In this document: in pieces, positions 1-11,092 of the stretch
How the letters are laid out: the number at the start of each line of letters is the position of its first letter
How positions within the stretch are numbered: the first letter of the stretch is position 1
Assembly (NCBI GenBank): GCA_010405405.1
Contig: MU004242.1
Coordinates: 977,769 to 1,041,768, forward strand
From: Microthyrium microscopicum
Lineage: Eukaryota
Direction: 5' to 3'
DNA: 64,000 nucleotides
The notes under the pieces: model-generated
Told to the model about the DNA's origin: nothing
What the model saw: the letters and a program-made list of their open reading frames with translations, nothing else
The model's database searches: none
Made by a program: the position numbers and the translations under genes

Positions 1-582
1 ATCAAACAACTTTAATCATAACTACAAGCAAAATTGTGTAAGATTCATCTTGTTCTACGAGATATCAACAACAATTTGATTCAACATCCGTTAGTTCAGG
101 AAGCCGTAGCTTCATAGAACTGCCAAGGACCATGTTTGACAGATAGGCATGGGGCTCTGAGCTACTGGATCAACTTGGGGGCGCCATTCAAGAGATGTCT
201 ATCACTCAGGCCGCGTAACTCTATTTACCTTGATGGTATCACTTGCTATCATTGTTTTTAGACTCACCTTCACAGTAAAATAGGCCTTGGTTAAAGGTGC
301 AGTCTTTAAACACGGGGCTTGAGTCACATCTTCGCCTTGTCAGAAAGTCACTGTATGCCTGATTTGCAGACCATTGGCAGGTATAAATTCCAAGCAATTC
401 TAGCGCTGGCTTTTTGTTCCTAAAAAACTTTACACACATTGCCATCCGGTCTTTCCAACATCTTCTTCATGCAAACCACGAGTGCGACGCTCCTTGGATA
501 TCACTTTCAAGCAGCTGAGATGAGTTGCAGACATGGATCTCGTCATTACAAAGATTCATTCCTCCGGTCATCCTCAGCATGA

Positions 583-601
583 TAGGTAGGTAGGTAGGTA
601 G
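583..601. repeat. (TAGG)n microsatellite, about 4.75 units
   Basis: taggtaggtaggtaggtag read directly. Confidence 0.7.
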
Positions 602-1368
602 CATATTATGGCGCAGGAAGTCTTTCGCACTTATTTTATATATAAATGCAAATCTTGACTGACCACTGAGCGACTGGCCAGTTGTCCGAATCTAATTGAC
701 TAAAAGCATTCAATTGCAATTTGCTCCATACGAAAATACAATTGCCTTCTTTTCGCATTGCATAACTTACACTCTTTTCTAGCACCTAACAGACTATGTA
801 AATCAAAATTAAATCAGCCCTAACTACCTAGGTACTCAGAGAAGCAGCACTACGGAAGCAGAGAACAACATGCCTACCTAGGTACTGAATCAGACTGCCG
901 TCTGCAGCATCCATCTGGTTCTATATATTATCAAATTTCAACTCCCCTATATACGAATGGAGCATTCTCAGACGCCTCACAACGAACATGCGAATATCCG
1001 ACCGCATTCCTTAATTTCTTTCGGAGTGTAGGTCACGGTTTGCCATGCTCATGTCGACATTTCCCACCAAAGACAAGAGCATGTAAGTTCACCTCATAAC
1101 TCAGCAACAATATCACCTAAAAAGATTCGGAGTTGCTTCGGCAAATCATCCCGGAATCAATACTCAAGTGACCTTACTAACAGGTACAATGGTCTTTGAG
1201 CGGCGACAGCTGTGTTATGACTAGCGCCTTACCTTCATAATTTTCTTTTCTCAACCACCGTGAGACCTACATCACTCCAAACACCAACACGTCCTTCGAT
1301 TCAAATTTCAAGACCGCAAAAAAAGCTCTGGTGCGGGCCACCATTTCCATCAAATTTCACAAGACAGC

Positions 1369-2583
1369 ATGGCCTCCGAAAACTCAGATTTACTCCATAG
1401 CGATGGCGACAACGTCATGCCGAGCGACACGACTCAAAGCGGCGCCGTGATTCAGATCGCTCCAGTCAGCTACCTTCGAAACAAAGTCCCTCCCGAGATA
1501 AGGCTGATGATATTTGAGCATCTCCTGGTCAGCAATCAGCCTCATACCGCAGCCTTTCTTCAACTATTTACCGGTTCCTATATCGCCGCAGTCAATACGA
1601 AGAACGGATTCCTCCGTCACGATCATGCCAAACCGGAACAAAGCGAACAAGCCAGCACTAAGGATCCCATAGACCACTTTCTGCTGTCAGCGGGAGGACC
1701 GCTGTATGGGTACAGCGATGTGCTTGATAATTATGGTGTACATCCGCAAATCTTAGCCACGTGTCGTTTATTCCACGATGAAGGATTGCCCATTCTTTAC
1801 AGCAACGCGACATTCAAAATCGAACAAGTATTTAGGCAAACATTAATGGATGTCGTAGAGAGCGAATGGTTTCCACGTGCGGTCACCTATTCCATGCAGA
1901 AGCCATTGACTCCTAACTTTGAGAGTTTTGTCACCCGTGTCAACATATCAACAATGATGCACATTCCGCCTCATCGGCTTGACCTCCCATCCGAATGGCT
2001 TACCTGTTTGTTTCCGGCCTTGAAAGTGATCGGAGTGTACCCCCAGTCGGTCTGGGGATGAAACGGGAATGACCCTAGTTATCTTGCGGGATATCTTGGA
2101 TGGCTAGAAGCACTCCACAGAACCACCAATCGCAACAAAGCGCGAATTGAAGTCTGGTTCTATCAGGGCGCCTGTCTACGGTACTATAATGGTTCGACAT
2201 ACTGGGATTGGCTCTTTGACAATGCTTTCCCCAGTCAGCAAATCGAAGGAATCATCCCTCGATTCAAATGCCCATTCTTCTCAACATCTTTATTTGCCAG
2301 CGAAAGCGATGAGCACAGAGAATTCATTCAAGCGATTGCGAAAAGACTACAAGGGTATGTTCCTAGAACCTTTGAGTGCCACCATCAAATCATGGCGGAT
2401 TTAAAAAAGGCTATCAGCAAAAACGACTTCTTCAAAGATCGGAAGGTGGGCTGGAACTTCCAAACAGTGGCCTGTGACTACAGAACCAGCCTACCTAAAG
2501 TTTGGGTGGGTATGATCCTTGACCGCGATTCGGAAGAGCCAACTTGCGAGGTGATAGGCGGTCTACCTAACGATACAAAGTGA
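1369..2583 (+). pseudogene. F-box-like/unknown fungal protein ORF of 405 codons interrupted by one in-frame TGA (2059-2061); pseudogene, or intact if a weak 42-nt intron removes the stop
   Basis: N-terminal YLRNKVPPEIRLMIFEHLL and ILATCRLFHDEGLPILYSNATF resemble fungal F-box-like proteins. The frame stays open after the TGA (NGNDPSYLAGYLGWLEAL...YWDWLFDNAF...) and runs into the 2392..2583 ORF. Confidence 0.6.
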
Positions 2584-3256
2584 TATTGCAGCGAAGATGA
2601 AGGATTGATTGACTTTGGCTAGAGCTTGATAAGATGGACGTACGACGCCAAAGTATGAAAAAGATCGGCATTGACCAGTGATTCAGGAGGTAAAAGCGTG
2701 CGAGGGAGGTATAAGGCTACCTGAATAGCCAAAGAAGCTTTGCTTGTTGTGCTTATATCGGGATAGAAACTGGTAGTAACTTAGTATCAGCCAGAGCTCG
2801 ATGAATCAGAAGATGAGCTCATTTTGTCGCGCACTTGCTAGTTCCTAAGTGATCTTTTAATGTGATGAAAAAATGGTCATAAATCGCTGCTAGTTCCTCT
2901 TCTTATAGCCTGCAGTGGCTATGATTTGACTCGTCGTACGGTGAGGAATTAAGAACGTGCTAAAGCGGCAAATGAGCGTAATCGTACAAGCTGTAATAGT
3001 AGATTGATGCAAAGGATTTGAAATTTGTTTGTGGAGTGAAATGAACCCAGGAGAGAAGCATTAACTTAGCAGCACAGACTCTAGAAATACCAGGCACACT
3101 GTATATAATTTCCCCATGACTACTACCGATCTGGTTCCTTCTCCGACCTCCTACAGCTAACAACATCGAAATCGACATCGTTGGCTGAATCCTTGATCAC
3201 CACACCTCTTTCCTTCTTCGGTGATCTTGAACTTTCAGACGAAGCTCTTCAACATC

Positions 3257-3720
3257 ATGGCTTTGGTAAAGCAACAGCCTATTTCCTACCTCCATGACAC
3301 CGTCCCGCCCGAAATTCGTCTCCTGATTTTCGGAAACCTTATTTTCATCATGTTACAACTACCGGATGGACGGTAACGCCGACTCCTACGGCGACGGTGC
3401 GTACTGGCATTGGCTATTCAAGGACGCAGAAAAGGCCCTAGAGGTCAGTCCGGAGGAAAGAGACTGGAAGTCTCGGCTCATAAGCGGTCAGCGCAAGATT
3501 TTCAATGGAGATTGGGAATTGATGCCAAGGGGAAACTTGGCTCGCCATGTCCCCAAGACTTTTGATTGAGGCCACTAAAGCATCTCTGAAGAAGTCGAAT
3601 TTCTTCCAGGACCGCGCGATCGCTTGGCATTCTCAAACAGTCGCCCACAGTGAACTTCCCTCTCTTCCTTATGTCTGGGGTTGAAGGGTCTTGGATGAGG
3701 TTTCCGAGGGCCAACATCTG
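3257..3720 (+). pseudogene. Decayed, internally deleted tandem paralog of the 1369-2583 gene
   Basis: PISYLHDTVPPEIRLLIF vs PVSYLRNKVPPEIRLMIF; YWHWLF vs YWDWLF; HVPKTFD vs YVPRTFE; NFFQDRAIAWHSQTVA..SLPYVW vs DFFKDRKVGWNFQTVA..SLPKVW. It carries frameshifts and stops. Confidence 0.75.
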
Positions 3721-4303
3721 AAATCATTCAGTGCTGTGGCAGTGAGGAACCAGAGCCTTGTTCATATGTCTAGTAAGGACACCTTGAATACAGGAACTAC
3801 AGTGCCACTCACAAAGCTGGCAGAATCATAAACTGTTATTTCATTCTACGTTAGGCCACTGAGCTCTAGAAAGATACGATCACAAGGTGTCCACAGGGGC
3901 TATAATATTTTCTGTCAGCGTGGAATCGTGCAGCCTATTTCTAATCTTAACAGCATCTTTTAATTGTGATTCGTAGCATAACATGTACCAAACTACCTCC
4001 GCTTACTGAAGCTAATGGTATTCTATTCTGGTACTTACCATAGGGTGCGATAGGGGTTAGAGGAACTGATAACGAGAGAACCCTTTGGGTAAGATAATAG
4101 TACGAAGATCTAGAGATACTTTCAGACTTCTGGACAGGTTAAAAATATGAATTAGACACGATGACCAAATATAACATGCGTTCTACGTTCTTTCGACAGC
4201 ATATAGTCGCTCTTTCCTGAAAATGTTCTCCCATTATCATTTCCTCTACCCCCGTCGCATCCTAAAGAGGTAGTTACCGACCTGCTTTCGAGCAGGACAT
4301 TCT

Positions 4304-5188
4304 TTAGCATTCGAAAACAGCAACATAAGTATTCATCGTCCTCACTTTACCGCCGGCCAGCCCCTTGACCGATGCGATAACGGCATCCCGCGCCGACAGT
4401 AACATGATTTTGACCCCTTCATCGACATCCAATGCTTCAATCTCTTTGATGGTGCCCTCTGCGGTGAAGGAGCCAACCTCCCACCTGCCATCCTGCAACT
4501 CCTCACCTGGAACAATCACCGTCTCCTTCTCTACTTTCCATCCTGCTCCCTCCATACTATTCTTGATTTCTCGAGGACTCAATAGCGTTCTGATATTCTC
4601 CGAACTTGTCCTATGCGCCTCCATGAACCCTCTACCCAGCGCCGCAAGAACATGAGGCACACCACCCGGCTCTGACGCGCTCAACGCATATTCTGCAATA
4701 CAAACCCTCTTCACCCGCCCCTTTAAAGCCGTGAACAGCCGCTTCACCCGCCCCGGTGAGTCAAAGTACCAAATACAATGCGCCAGCACCGCAACATCCC
4801 ACGTCTCCTCACTACCCTTCAAAAATTCTTCTGGATCCGCCTGATGCCAGCTGATACAGCCGCCCACCTCGCTATTCATAATGAAGCCTTGCGCTTCTCC
4901 GAGCGTAGTGGGAGTACCATAGGTCAACGGCGCGGGGTCAACGGCGTCGATATGGCCAGGCTTTTCGTCACTGCCAGCAAGTTGTGCGTTGGCAGCGAGG
5001 ACGGTGGTGCAGAGGCCTTGACCGCAGCCGAATTCAAGGACGCGGCTGGAAGATGGAATGGACCATTGTTGGAGGAGGTTGATGCGGTGCTCCATTTGAG
5101 CGCAGTCGACGTCTGGGTGGTCGTCTGGGGCGAGGGAGTAGGAGGCGAGGCGGGGGATGTCAGCTTTTGTGAGGGTTTGTTTTGCCAT
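4304..5188 (-). CDS. Class I SAM-dependent methyltransferase (ustM-like family)
   Basis: Motif I RVLEFGCGQG, DVAVLAHCIWYF, CIAEYALSAS; intronless; first ATG at 5188. Confidence 0.85.
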   Translation of the reverse strand: MAKQTLTKADIPRLASYSLAPDDHPDVDCAQMEHRINLLQQWSIPSSSRVLEFGCGQGLCTTVLAANAQLAGSDEKPGHIDAVDPAPLTYGTPTTLGEAQGFIMNSEVGGCISWHQADPEEFLKGSEETWDVAVLAHCIWYFDSPGRVKRLFTALKGRVKRVCIAEYALSASEPGGVPHVLAALGRGFMEAHRTSSENIRTLLSPREIKNSMEGAGWKVEKETVIVPGEELQDGRWEVGSFTAEGTIKEIEALDVDEGVKIMLLSARDAVIASVKGLAGGKVRTMNTYVAVFEC

Positions 5189-5569
5189 TGTGATGAGTTT
5201 TGATATCGAGTTTCGTCCAGTCGTCAATATTGATGCCAGTGTGTGCTTGATGGGAATATTGTCGAAAGTTGGGACAATGTGGTGAAGATTCTATGGAGCA
5301 CAAGTGACTGGCAGCTACATACTAGACGTTAAATACTAGCATAGAGGATATCAACCGAATAGTTACAAAACCACAAGCTTCGCTGCATACCAGTCATACA
5401 TTGAAGTAACCTTCATGTTGCACAGCCGAATTGCTTGCCCAAACAGGAAGCTGGTGGAGATAAACAAATGAAGTTGGAGTTGAGCCCCAGCGAACCCCAC
5501 AAACGAAAAGCTCTCCGGATAAAGCAACCATGTCGTCCATATTCCTTCCAATCAAAGCCTGAGCGAACA

Positions 5570-6788
5570 ATGGCCACCATAAAATCGGAAACCAGCATAA
5601 CTCTCAGCCTCCCACCAAGCTGCATAGAATTTGCACCATCCTTTCCAAACTACGCCGCGATAGGAACTTACTTCCTCGACAAAGATGCGAACTCTGAGCA
5701 AGGGCAGAAACGATCTGGTAGCATTGAGTTACTAGAGGTTGGATATGACACCTTGTAAGACGCATACACTGCCCACCGAAAGTCCTTGGGTGACTCACAA
5801 TTATGCTAGGACCGTGGTGCAGGTTGTAGAGACTGAATATGGAATTTTGGATTTACATTTTTCACCGCATGAACCGGACATAATTTGCACGGCGAATTCG
5901 ACAGCGAGTATCACGTTCTTTCGTATCGGTCAGGAAAGTGGAGCAAAACACCCCGAGATTGTGCAGTTGGGTTTGATTACGGGAGACGACTTTCTAGCGG
6001 ATGGTGTATTGGCGCTGTCACTGCAGTGGCATCCTGCGAACCCTAACGCTATTGCCATCACGTCGTCGGTGGGGGATGTGTTGTTATTGACTATTGACTT
6101 GGCTGCACTTGAAACGAAGAAATCTATGGAGGGAAGTTCCCTGGCCATGGATGGACTCGTGTCCTGCACGTCGATAGCGAAGCACGAGCTTGAGGCATGG
6201 ACGTCAAGCTTTACACCGCTCAGCACAGGTATATACTCCGGAGGCGACGATTGTGTACTGGGCTACGTGCCTCTCGCAGAAGTGACGGGGGACGCGTCAC
6301 AAGAGGATCCATCACGTCTTCAATCTGGAAATCCTCGGCAAGACCGTAGGATTCATGACGCAGGAGTGACTGCCATATTACCACTCAGCGAGCACGTCCT
6401 TCTCACTGGAAGTTATGATGACCACATCCGAATCATTGACACAAAACCTAATAGACCGAAGGTCATGGCAGGAGAAAATCTAGGGGGAGGCGTCTGGAGG
6501 CTGAAGTTGATAAAGTCTGTGACGGAGAGCTGGGTCGTGTCGGATGAGCCTGGTGAGATTATGGTACTGGCTAGCTGTATGTATACGGGAGCGAGAATCG
6601 TTCGAGCGGTCAGAGATGAAAGCGGGAACTGGAAGTTTGAAGTTGTTGCTCGATTCGAAGAGCATGAGAGCATGAACTACGGTAGTGACTTGGTTCCGGG
6701 TTGCGGTGGTGATGGGGAGATCGCCGTGGTGTCGACCAGCTTTTATGACAAGTTAGTCTGTCTGTGGCGCTACAGGTTAGATCATTAA
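5570..6788 (+). CDS. DPH7: Diphthine methyl ester hydrolase, WD40 protein (Dph7/Rrt2)
   Basis: LPPSCIEF..AIGTYFL, HELEAW, YSGGDD, HDAGVTAIL, LTGSYDDHIR, LGGGVWRL, FEEHESMNYG, TSFYDKLVCLW; intron 5755-5809. Confidence 0.9.
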
Positions 6789-6986
6789 TAACAAAGTAGG
6801 TCTCGAGAAAAATCTTCGCAAAATGATGTGAAGAATGGTCGAGGAAGCAATAAAATTGCTACTGAGCTGCATGCATAGGCTTTATGATTGCCACTTCATT
6901 ACAGCATCCCCCAATGAATCTTTTTGATATCATTCCCGAGCACCGTAAAGACCATGCCAAATCCCAAGAGAATGCATAAAACACGA

Positions 6987-7815
6987 CTAGAACACGAGTG
7001 CAGCGCCCTTTGTCTTCTTGTCACCACTGCCAAATTGTTAGATCAATCCATGCACCAAACTCTGATAGAACATACCCCAACTCAAAGTGCTTGCATCGCT
7101 TCAATGCCAGTTGTGCCTTGGTTTTGCAAGCTGTGCATTCTAGACGGAGCACAACCTTCTTTGTAGTCTTTGCCTTCTTGTGGAACACGGGCTTGGTTTG
7201 GCCACCATAACCAGATTGTTTGCGGTCATAACGACGCTTTCCTTGCGCGAAAAGGGAAGCCTGATTTCATCAATCTAATTGCCCGCAGCTGACTTTATTT
7301 TCATATGGTGCGTACCTTTCCGGCCTTGTACTGTGTGACCTTGTGTTGGGTGTGCTTCTTGCAGTCCTTGCCCTTGCAACTATCAACAGTCAATATCGGT
7401 TGTATCGCGAGTTCGAAGGATCGAGCATACTAGGTCTTGCGGGTTTTGGGAATGTTGACCTGGTCATGAGAGTCAGCAATTATTTAGAGTCCATTTCTGA
7501 TAGTGCAGTTGTGTCATCGGTGCATCGTCCACTCTGCAATTGATCGCTCGGTTGTGTGTTGTAAAGTCTGCTTGTTGGATCTCCGCAAAGCAGTTTGCCA
7601 CAATCCGGCGCGGCCAGGTTTGCGCTTTGAAGCAAGTCTGGCGACGCTGGATTTGGCGATATGAACTTGGTGGATTGAAGGCCGAGCTGAATCAATTGGT
7701 GAATACGCGGGGGTTGCGACGTAGCGATCGTGACTGGAGCGATGAATTGCAGAGTGGAGGGGCGTAGCGTTGTATAGTCGAAAGGTCAATGAGGAATGCG
7801 AGGTCTGCTTACCAT
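6987..7815 (-). CDS. RPL42: 60S ribosomal protein eL42 (L42/L44/L41), 106 aa, 5 exons
   Basis: Exons 7815-7813 (ATG only), 7459-7431, 7379-7316, 7260-7076 and 7026-6987 translate to [74 protein letters not shown]...[13 protein letters not shown]. All introns are GT-AG. Confidence 0.97.
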
Positions 7816-8237
7816 CTTGACGTCGAAATCGCGGTAGATGGGTTATTGCAAGTGTTTGGAATGAAGATATCGTCAACAGATTGATGGGTGGTCGTTGGTG
7901 GCTCGAATTTGGGAGTGTGCGGCTTGGCAGAAATGCCACCCTGACCGAAGTTTCGCCGCTGAGTCAGCCCATCGCCTATTTCCCTCCAACTTCATTCCTT
8001 CCCATCTTTACACAATCAGAGAACCTTATTTTCACAGAAACCTTTACGATACGCATCTGCCATGTCACGCCTGCAGTAGTCATAAGTCGTTTATTCGACC
8101 GTTGTGGCGATGATAATGCCCTATACTATGTGTCCGATCTCCACCTGCATAAGCTCAAGTTCAGCCTATCAATTTTCAATTTGCTTCATTCAACGGTTTT
8201 GGTATTGAACCGCGATTTCACGCATCCACCAAGTTTT

Positions 8238-9200
8238 TCATTCCCTGGAAAACATGCTCAGCGTGCTTGACTCGTAGGCCCTATGCCCGAACATAGCCAT
8301 CGGCGGTTCGCGTACTCCAGGTGCTGGTCGCCATGGCTCCCTTTCCCTCTTCTTCTTTGCTATCGCCAGCTGTGTCTTTCGTCTAGCTTCCTGATCATAC
8401 AGTCGTGGCCGTATGCAGAAGAGGCAGCACCCAACCAATAGCGCAAGAAATATGGTTCCACCAACTCCAGCTCCGACGCCAACCAATACCTTCTTCTGAT
8501 AACTCCACGCAAAATGCCAGTCTGGGTTCGTTATGGGGGCTGCATTTGTCGGAAATTGAGACAAGTCATCTGTCTTCCACGCGACCGGGATTGATAGGCC
8601 GTTGAGGACGCCAGTCTGCATAGCAACTGGTTGCGGGACTAGCGATAGTGCATTACCCGTAGCCACGGACATATACGTTGCGTTCATGCTGGTTGTGAAT
8701 GTTGACTGGCAAGCAAGCGGGTTTCCAACGTCGTCGATAGCAAGGTCAAAACCTCTGTTCGGTGCGTTAGACTCTCATTCGCAATACTGCGCTGTGGATA
8801 CATACTCTTGGCAACACAGAGCCTGGATTTCATTTCTCTTTTTGTCAAGCCCAGCCATTGCCGTCGTAAAGCCTTGCGGGCATATGCCAGGACTGTATGG
8901 CTTCAAAATTGGCGTTGGCTGGACACCCATCTGCTCCATATACTGTGGTGGCAGACAAGTCGTCGCTCCATCGTACCAGCCTTGTGGCAGACAAGTCGTC
9001 GCTCCATCGTACCAGCCTTGTGGAGGAACCTCCCATGCTGTTGGTGTCTCACGCACTATAGCGCTTGCCGGCAGATACCATGTTTGAGTACAGGGCCGTT
9101 CCCATTGAGTTGTTAATGCCACATAGGCTGTCGCTTGTGGATAGCCCGATATCGTAAACGTCGTGGTCTGAACCACCTCGGTCGAGTATGTGTTACCCAT
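8238..9200 (-). CDS. Uncharacterised single-pass membrane protein (Thr/Cys-rich ectodomain, TM helix, basic tail)
   Basis: YSPGICPQGFT...ALCCQ|EGFD joined by intron 8755-8805 (GTATGT..CTAAC..CAG); TM VLVGVGAGVGGTIFLALLVGCCLFCI followed by RPR. Confidence 0.7.
8948..9023. repeat. Perfect 36-bp tandem duplication in coding sequence (PQGWYDGATTCL x2)
   Basis: gtggcagacaagtcgtcgctccatcgtaccagcctt at 8948-8983 and 8984-9019. Confidence 0.95.
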
Positions 9201-9648
9201 TGCGTTCCAAAAAAACGAGCAATACAACGAAGATCAGGCTAGAGGCCGATCCTGACTTTATTGATGCCAGGCGAAGCCTTAAGCACAGTTTTTCGATGTC
9301 TTATCTTTTACGTTCTGAGCGGGGTAAGTCAGAATTGCTTTCTCTATGCAAGAAAGCTGATTAGACAAATTAGCCTGATCAAATTATCTGCAAGAGTCCA
9401 AGGCGGGTGCGTATAGAAAGACCTCCTTACTTAAGGCGGCCAATCAAGCGTGGCAAGGCAGATTCGACATATGCTAACAAGTAGGCGCATCAGGCTGAGA
9501 TACAGTACGCACAAACTATTCTTTTATTGGCAGTTCTTCGAATCTTCAACAGCTATGTCCCGATGAAACTAACCAAAGCAATTCTTACTTCCAACAATCT
9601 ATCTCTCAGCCTTTCCATGCATTCGACATTACTCCAGATGATGTATCT

Positions 9649-10250
9649 CTACTCAACCGCCCTGACCTTTCCAGTCTTTATATCATAAATCCACCCACTA
9701 ATCGTCGTACTATCCGACACCGCTTTTGATTCCTTCAAAACCTTCAGGTCGCTCCGCACCGCCTCCTCAGGATCTGAAAATGGTCCAAAATCCAGCCCAG
9801 CTAACTCCTTTGCTCCCTCTTCCCCGAGATTCTTCTTGACGACTGCGTGCGCATCTTCGTTTTTGAACGTCGACAGGCCGCAGTCAGTATGCTTGATGAG
9901 CAGAATTTCTGTGGTTTCGAGCAGTTGCTCGGAAATGACGATGCTGCGGAGAGCGTCACGGGCGTCGCCGCCGCCGTTCCGAATGACGTGGGCGTCACCG
10001 AGGGATATACCGAAAGCGGCCATTGGGTCGATACGGGAGTCCATACAGGTCACTGAGGAGTTGTTAGTCGGGCGCACTGGTGTAGTAAGGAGAGGGCATG
10101 GGAAATGATAAAAATGGAGAGATGAAGCTTGCGGGACGACTGACGGACGAGATATTTCTTTCCCGGTGGGAGAGGGAGATCGCCTTGGTTGAATGAAGAG
10201 GCATATTGAGCGTTCTTTTCGAGAAGATTCTTTTGGTTGGCTGAAGCCAT
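9649..10250 (-). CDS. Beta-class carbonic anhydrase (clade D-like)
   Basis: Zn ligands in LTCMDSRID and KHTDCG; AHVIRNGGG; GWIYDIKTGKV; intron 10053-10144. Confidence 0.92.
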
Positions 10251-11092
10251 GATGAAATTCGTATCTTGGGTTGGGCTGATGTCACAAGGCTGAGCACAAG
10301 GCTGAAGCGAAGTTGAAGTTATATTCTTCCTTTTTAGAGGGAAGATCGAGACTGGAGCTAAAACGATGCGAACGATCTAGATATCACTTATATATGGCCA
10401 ATTCTCTTTATTGATGATGGAAGTGCTGCCTCTAATTTCTTGAATGGTGAAAGATCTGCGGTGGTAAAAGGGTAATGACGCCTTTAGTGTGTTGCAAGAG
10501 TATGGGCTTTTCAACAATGCGGTCGGCCATCCACAGCCCTCACAATCTTTTAAGGTTTGCAGCACGAATCAGAAGCTTCACTGTCTTTTGATAATGTCAT
10601 GGTGCCGACCCCGCATGAATGATCTCACTACTAGATGGACTAAGATTTCTAGGAGAGGAATTCCTGCTGTGGAACATGATTGTCGTAATATCCATCCTAT
10701 TTGAATGAGGAGTATGAGCTAGCACAACAGGCGATTGGAGCAAAAGTCGCAACAGTAGTTCAATATTTGCAAACGGTCCGAAATAGTTTTTATATCTTTT
10801 CGAAGCCTGTAAAGAAAATGTACCTTCTCATGACATGACCAAAACATTAGGTATGTGAAGAATTCAAGTGTAGTGAAGCGCAACTAGTGTCATTGATATA
10901 CACGTCTTATTCTTTTTCAGCCTGATTGAGAATAATCCGTGTCTAGTATTCAGCACTTTATCCTTTCGACCTTTGCTCTAATCAACAAAACCGCGAGAGT
11001 TGATTCAACGAGCCATAGCTTTCCAGGACAAGCTTGTTGGCCCGTCGTCCGTTAGCAATGTACGGAACAAATTTAAGCGGCAGCGAATACCT

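Noticed and set aside
824..886. CTACCTAGGTACT repeated twice as possible element ends
   Set aside because: Short TACCTAGGTA palindromes and TAGG runs are common in fungal intergenic DNA; no TSD or body.
2059..2061. Selenocysteine recoding of the in-frame TGA
   Set aside because: Sec machinery is not known in Pezizomycotina, there is no redox motif around the codon, and no SECIS was recognised.
4304..5188. ustM-like methyltransferase as part of a RiPP/ustiloxin cluster
   Set aside because: No UstYa/DUF3328, tyrosinase or repeat precursor peptide nearby; the neighbours are housekeeping genes.
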